A stretch of 64,000 nt of DNA from Minutocellus sp. GHC0000111 (taxonomy: Eukaryota). Shown here piece after piece: positions 59,599-64,000 of the stretch (positions are counted from its first letter, which is position 1; each line of letters starts with the position of its first letter). A program made the translations under genes and the position numbers. The stretch is taken from positions 5,394,001 through 5,458,000 of the forward strand of contig OZ361256.1 of assembly GCA_977018835.1 (NCBI GenBank), given 5' to 3'. The notes beneath the pieces are model-generated. The model did not search any database, had not been told where the DNA came from, and worked only from the letters and a program-made list of their open reading frames with translations.

Positions 59599-62500
59599 GT
59601 TCCGACCAAAACCGAGCACATTACGACGGCCAAAGCACCTCTCGGCATAGCAACTTTGACGACCACGACCGACAAGGATAACAACCCCAACCCCAACATC
59701 CTCCTCCTCCTACGGGATGCCGACTCAGCTCCCGACGAGGAGAAGGCTACCGTCGAAGATGCCGAATTGACAGAGCTCAATACGTTGGTCAGCTTCCTAG
59801 GTGCCATCATTAGGGTGCCGTGCCCATCGGAAATCAGAGCCGGAGATGCCAATAGCAACGAATCTCCCATAACAATTCCCGGCGCCGGCCTTCTCGACAA
59901 CACGACCGGCCTCGCTGGCGAGGAGCCAGCCAGTGTACCCCACGAGCTTCTCCAGCAAGTCCTTGACCTACAACGGGAGGTCCGGAAGAAGGACGGAACA
60001 AACGAGCCCGCCCCCTATGATTACTTCGTCATGAGTCACGATGACGTTAAGTACAATCTTTTGGCTCAGTTGGCCGTAGTGCATTGCAATCGGGAGAGCA
60101 TTCGCGAGCGGCTCCCCCCTCCCATGGCATCCTACCGAATACATTCGATACTCTGTTCGTCAACTTCGAGAAGACTCTAAAGGCGTAGGGCTACACCAAT
60201 CTCGCCGGCATCGCAAACGCCATGGGTGTAACAGGCAAGCGCCGCACTACGCGTCTCGTCACCGCTGTCCGCGAAAACGACACCACCGGCTCGCCATCCA
60301 CCTTGCCCGATCCAAGCAGCTTCACAGTATCGAAGTACTATCTCGGAGTTGGGGGGGTCTTCGATGCCGCCGGCAAAGAAGCGTTCGAGGACCTGGCATC
60401 TCCCGTTCGTCAAGTCGCCCAGAACATGGTTGATCAGTACGCTATAGCACATTCCGGTGCCAAAACCACCGCCAGTGTCAAGAACACCCACAAGATCCAA
60501 GGATTCCTCGGCAAGGGAAATTTCGGCGCCGTCCTTCTTGCCATCCGTAAGGACGATGCTGGTGAGGAAGAGAGCGTGGTGATCAAGATTTTCGATGTCA
60601 CTGTGCCGCCTTCCTTCATCATGAAAGAGATTCGGAACGCCAAGACCCTATCATGCTTCCCTCTAATGCCCAACACCTTAGCTACCAACGTGAACCCGTA
60701 CATGTCGTACATGACAATGGAGTTCGTTAACTGTGGCGATCTCGATGAGACGAATGATCTCCCTGAAGAAGAGGTCAAGCTCGTCCTTTCTCACCTCGCC
60801 TCCAGCATGGCGTACATGGAAGCCACGCAGTTCGCCCATCGTGACCTCAAGCCAGGGAATGTGGGGAAGATGCTATTCGCCGATGGCTCCACACGTATTC
60901 TCGTATTTGACATGGGTTTTGCCACAAACAAGAAAATGGCCGATACCTATTGCGGCACGCCACTCACTATGGCCCCGGAGGTGTCTGCAGGAGGACGATA
61001 CAACCCGTGTCGTGCAGATTGGTGGTCTCTCGGAGGGACGGTCCTCTACGTGTCACTTCCTCGAGAGAAAATCCTCAGGTTGTATCTGGAGGATGGATTC
61101 AACCCCGAGAGAGTCAGGGCCGAGCTCGAGGAGAAGCAGTTTTCCTCTGCCACCATCGACATCATCACTCGTCTCCTGGCATTTGACCCTGCCGATCGCA
61201 TCACGCCTCTCCAGATCTTGGAGCACGAAGCGCTCGAGAGTGTCCCCGACCCTTTCAAAACGATCCCTGGGATGGACAAGTACCGTTGGGTCCTCGACGT
61301 CCTGAAGGATAGGAGGACCAAGGAGCAGCAGACCATCGAGATCGCCGAGCTCACCGAGCGCCTTGCCAAGGCAGAGGCATCTCTAGCGGCTGCGTCTGCT
61401 GTCGCTGCTCCCGACGTCTAATTCCACGCGTTATTCGTACCACCTTGGCCCGGAATACGTCGTCCCTTCATTTGGCTGCATTTACCCGCCGCCTACCTGT
61501 TATCATCCCTTGCAATGGTCATCATTTGCAATTTATCATCATCGTCGTCATCTCACATATTCGGGAACTACAACAAGCAAGTGCATCATTGATTTCTCCC
61601 TCTCAGCATCATCATGGGGCCCTTGCTACATATTTGTATCAAAGCAAAGGCACAGCACTGAGATCGACTTTACTAGTATGTGCAACTTTATATGCCACGG
61701 CAGTACCATGGGTGCTGATTCAAAACGGCAATAGAAGAAAAAATAAACATAGTAGTAGTTCCAACTTTGCACATCCATCTACATCCATCTACTACTTTTT
61801 CTTAATCTTTCTAGTCTTCTTGTAGCCGAAAGTCATATAGTCCAACTCCAAATAAAGTGTTTCCTTGATCGATTGGCCCGTCTCCGCATCGGTACTTCTC
61901 TCCTCGTTGAGCTTCATCTTGTACGTCGTTTGATCCGGCGTTGGGTTGAATCGGTCCGAAAAAAAGCGCTCTACGCGAGACCGATCTGCAGTGCTGAGCT
62001 TATTGGATTTAGCCAAGAGCCCATCGGGAACCGCAGCAGATCCTGGCACAGAAGCAGCGGCCTTCGTTGCGACGGGTGGAACATTCGTAACGGGAGCGGC
62101 AGCGGCGGCCGGCGGTTCCACGGCAACTGAAGCTTGTTGCGGTGACGGTTCTGCTGGCGCAGATGGGACGGCGGTCCCGGTGATTGACTTGCTTCTCTTG
62201 GCAGCCTCCTCGGCTGCAGCGGCCTCCATAATCTTTCTCTTTCGGGATTTGCCTGAGGTTTGGGCGGTCTCCTCAGCAGCAGCTGCCTGTTTTTCCTTAT
62301 TGAGCTTCTCCACCTCGGCCGAATCAATCATCATCATCTTTGATCGACCTCCCACACCGCTAGCTGATGCCTTCATGGCCCGTCCAGCTCGGCCTTTCAG
62401 TGTGGATGAGGCCGCGGCACCTCCTACTGCACCAACTCCTGGCGCTGTTGCACCCCCCGACCCCGACATTGCAGCAGCAGCAGCCTTACCACCGAGACGT

Positions 62501-63908
62501 TTGCTGGTATTGCCCATCGCAATCGGCTTCTTCGTCGGAACGCCAAGCGATTTGCCCCCCGCAGCGGCTGCCGATCCGCGGCCGATACCTCTGCCCCTCC
62601 CAGCACCAGCAGCACCCCGACCACCACCTGGACCTGTCGCACCACGTCCACGGCCGAGCAATGCTCTGGCTGTTCCTCTGCCCAACGTGGCGGTGGATGC
62701 CGTCGGCTTCTTGGAACGGATGAAGAGCGATGCAGTATCCGGACCAGCGGCGCTCTGCCGTCCCAATCCTCTTCCACCACGGCCGGCACCCAACGCCGAT
62801 CGACTGGGAATGCCTCGCCCTGCGGCTCCAGCCCTACCACCAACGCCCCTCCCTCTACCGCCCGCACTAGCACCGCCAGTACCGTTCCCCTGCAACTTTT
62901 GCTGCTGCTGTGCCATACGATGGGTCCGCTCTCGATTCTCCAATTCCTTGGTCTCCTCGTCGGCGCGGCTCTGTTCCACATCGGCATCCACCTTGAGGAT
63001 GGGTGCATCGATATTGACAGTGAAATCAGTATTGGATGCGCTCTCCGGTATGCATACTTTCACGTCCGATGGCGACAACAATGCAAGAGATTGTGGAACA
63101 AAGTGCATCGGATCGAGATTGGCCCTCGTGCTTGTTGATCCTGACGCTGGCGTACTGGTATTGGTCTCACCACCCTCCGAGGAGGCTTCTGCTTCTATCG
63201 AAGCTTCCGCCCTTTCACATACCTTGCGGATGATGCCCTTAGCGACATCTTCCAAGTGTTTGGTACATCTTTCCTTTTCTTCCTGAGGCTCATCTTTGTA
63301 AAACATAGCGCTCTGAACCAGCGACGCCAACACTCGGACCCACTCGTCTTCCACATCGGGCTGGCCCGTAACGTCGTTGGTTGCACCAGATACTGCCGCA
63401 TCTTCCATTACTGCACCATCACCGCCGGTATCTTCGGCCGAGGCTCTGGAGAGGATGTCCCATATGGCATTGTTGAGATTCTCGTTGCCGGCACTACTAC
63501 TCGTAATACCGCCGACGGCACTGCCTGCACCGCCACCGGCCGAACCCTCCAACCCCATCAGACCAACGATTGATCGGAGCTTGACGGGCTTGGCCATGCG
63601 ATCAAAGACCTTGCGCAAAAGTATTACATTGTCGGCCTCCTTGGATACGGCATCGGCACCGGCATCCGCGGAAGCGCCGGCCGAAGACGACGACACATGA
63701 TGCTGATGTGCCGACGTGGTTTTGGACGACGTGAGGAGCCGACTGAGCTCAAAGCTGCTGTACGGATTTCGGAGGCGGGATTCCACCAGGGACAGGAACG
63801 GATCGAGGTCGACCCCGGGTTTCCCTCCAGACGATGCCGGTGTAGCGCTGGCATCGGCGGTGCCGTTGCCGGTTCGGTTGGTGCGTGGCCGTGGTTGCTT
63901 TTTGAGCA
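59599..63908 (-). repeat. Right arm of ~4.3-kb inverted segmental duplication (partner 27958-32273)
   Basis: Reverse-complement match to the left arm; looser homology continues to ~63990. Confidence 0.97.
59665..61421 (+). pseudogene. Orphan Ser/Thr kinase, copy 2; kinase ORF 60222-61421 intact, N-terminal part damaged
   Basis: ATG of copy 1 is ACG here (59665). Frameshift at the C-run ~60112-60120, and the same TAG as copy 1 at ~60186. Confidence 0.8.
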
Positions 63909-63909
63909 T
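61792..63909 (-). CDS. NELFA: NELF-A-like protein, copy 2 (in-frame ATGs at 63909 and further upstream)
   Basis: Same N- and C-terminal NELF-A-like blocks as copy 1; open 730-aa frame. Confidence 0.75.
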   Translation of the reverse strand: MLKKQPRPRTNRTGNGTADASATPASSGGKPGVDLDPFLSLVESRLRNPYSSFELSRLLTSSKTTSAHQHHVSSSSAGASADAGADAVSKEADNVILLRKVFDRMAKPVKLRSIVGLMGLEGSAGGGAGSAVGGITSSSAGNENLNNAIWDILSRASAEDTGGDGAVMEDAAVSGATNDVTGQPDVEDEWVRVLASLVQSAMFYKDEPQEEKERCTKHLEDVAKGIIRKVCERAEASIEAEASSEGGETNTSTPASGSTSTRANLDPMHFVPQSLALLSPSDVKVCIPESASNTDFTVNIDAPILKVDADVEQSRADEETKELENRERTHRMAQQQQKLQGNGTGGASAGGRGRGVGGRAGAAGRGIPSRSALGAGRGGRGLGRQSAAGPDTASLFIRSKKPTASTATLGRGTARALLGRGRGATGPGGGRGAAGAGRGRGIGRGSAAAAGGKSLGVPTKKPIAMGNTSKRLGGKAAAAAMSGSGGATAPGVGAVGGAAASSTLKGRAGRAMKASASGVGGRSKMMMIDSAEVEKLNKEKQAAAAEETAQTSGKSRKRKIMEAAAAEEAAKRSKSITGTAVPSAPAEPSPQQASVAVEPPAAAAAPVTNVPPVATKAAASVPGSAAVPDGLLAKSNKLSTADRSRVERFFSDRFNPTPDQTTYKMKLNEERSTDAETGQSIKETLYLELDYMTFGYKKTRKIKKK

Positions 63910-64000
63910 GCAAGGTGGCGCCATCGGCAGAGTGGCTGCACCATCCGGGTTCTTTTGTCGCATGCGTACGTAGCGTACGTCCATGCGTAAGGTTTCTCCA

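Noticed and set aside
27958..63908. Giant transposon, Polinton or endogenous virus with terminal inverted repeats
   Set aside because: The arms contain host-type genes and fade into diverged homology. The interior holds intron-containing housekeeping genes and no transposase, integrase, polB or capsid gene.

Overview
Gene-dense eukaryotic nuclear DNA, most likely a diatom (stramenopile). Evidence: short GT-AG introns, a bipartite plastid-targeting presequence on a DUF1823 protein, and a RING-Sel1-MYND gene. No rRNA, tRNA or CRISPR array was seen. Housekeeping genes recognised: mitochondrial intermediate peptidase (missed by the ORF track), CacyBP, MgtC-family protein, CCDC137-like protein, GH36 alpha-galactosidase, VPS13 (5 exons), importin alpha, IPK1, casein kinase 1 and an OSCA/TMEM63 channel. 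The dominant structure is a ~4.3-kb near-identical inverted duplication (27958-32273 and 59599-63908). Each arm carries a NELF-A-like gene and an orphan Ser/Thr kinase, and the arms enclose a ~27-kb segment. A much more diverged remnant of the OSCA 3' end (34358-34550) shows the duplication once reached further inward. The left junction zone (27.4-42.7 kb) holds a 22-bp minisatellite, a complex tandem duplication, a dead RLE-type non-LTR retrotransposon, a third related kinase and orphan ORFs. Many genes across the window carry stops, frameshifts or truncations. Some are probably homopolymer assembly errors; others look like real decay. All family calls come from motif recognition by eye, with no database search.
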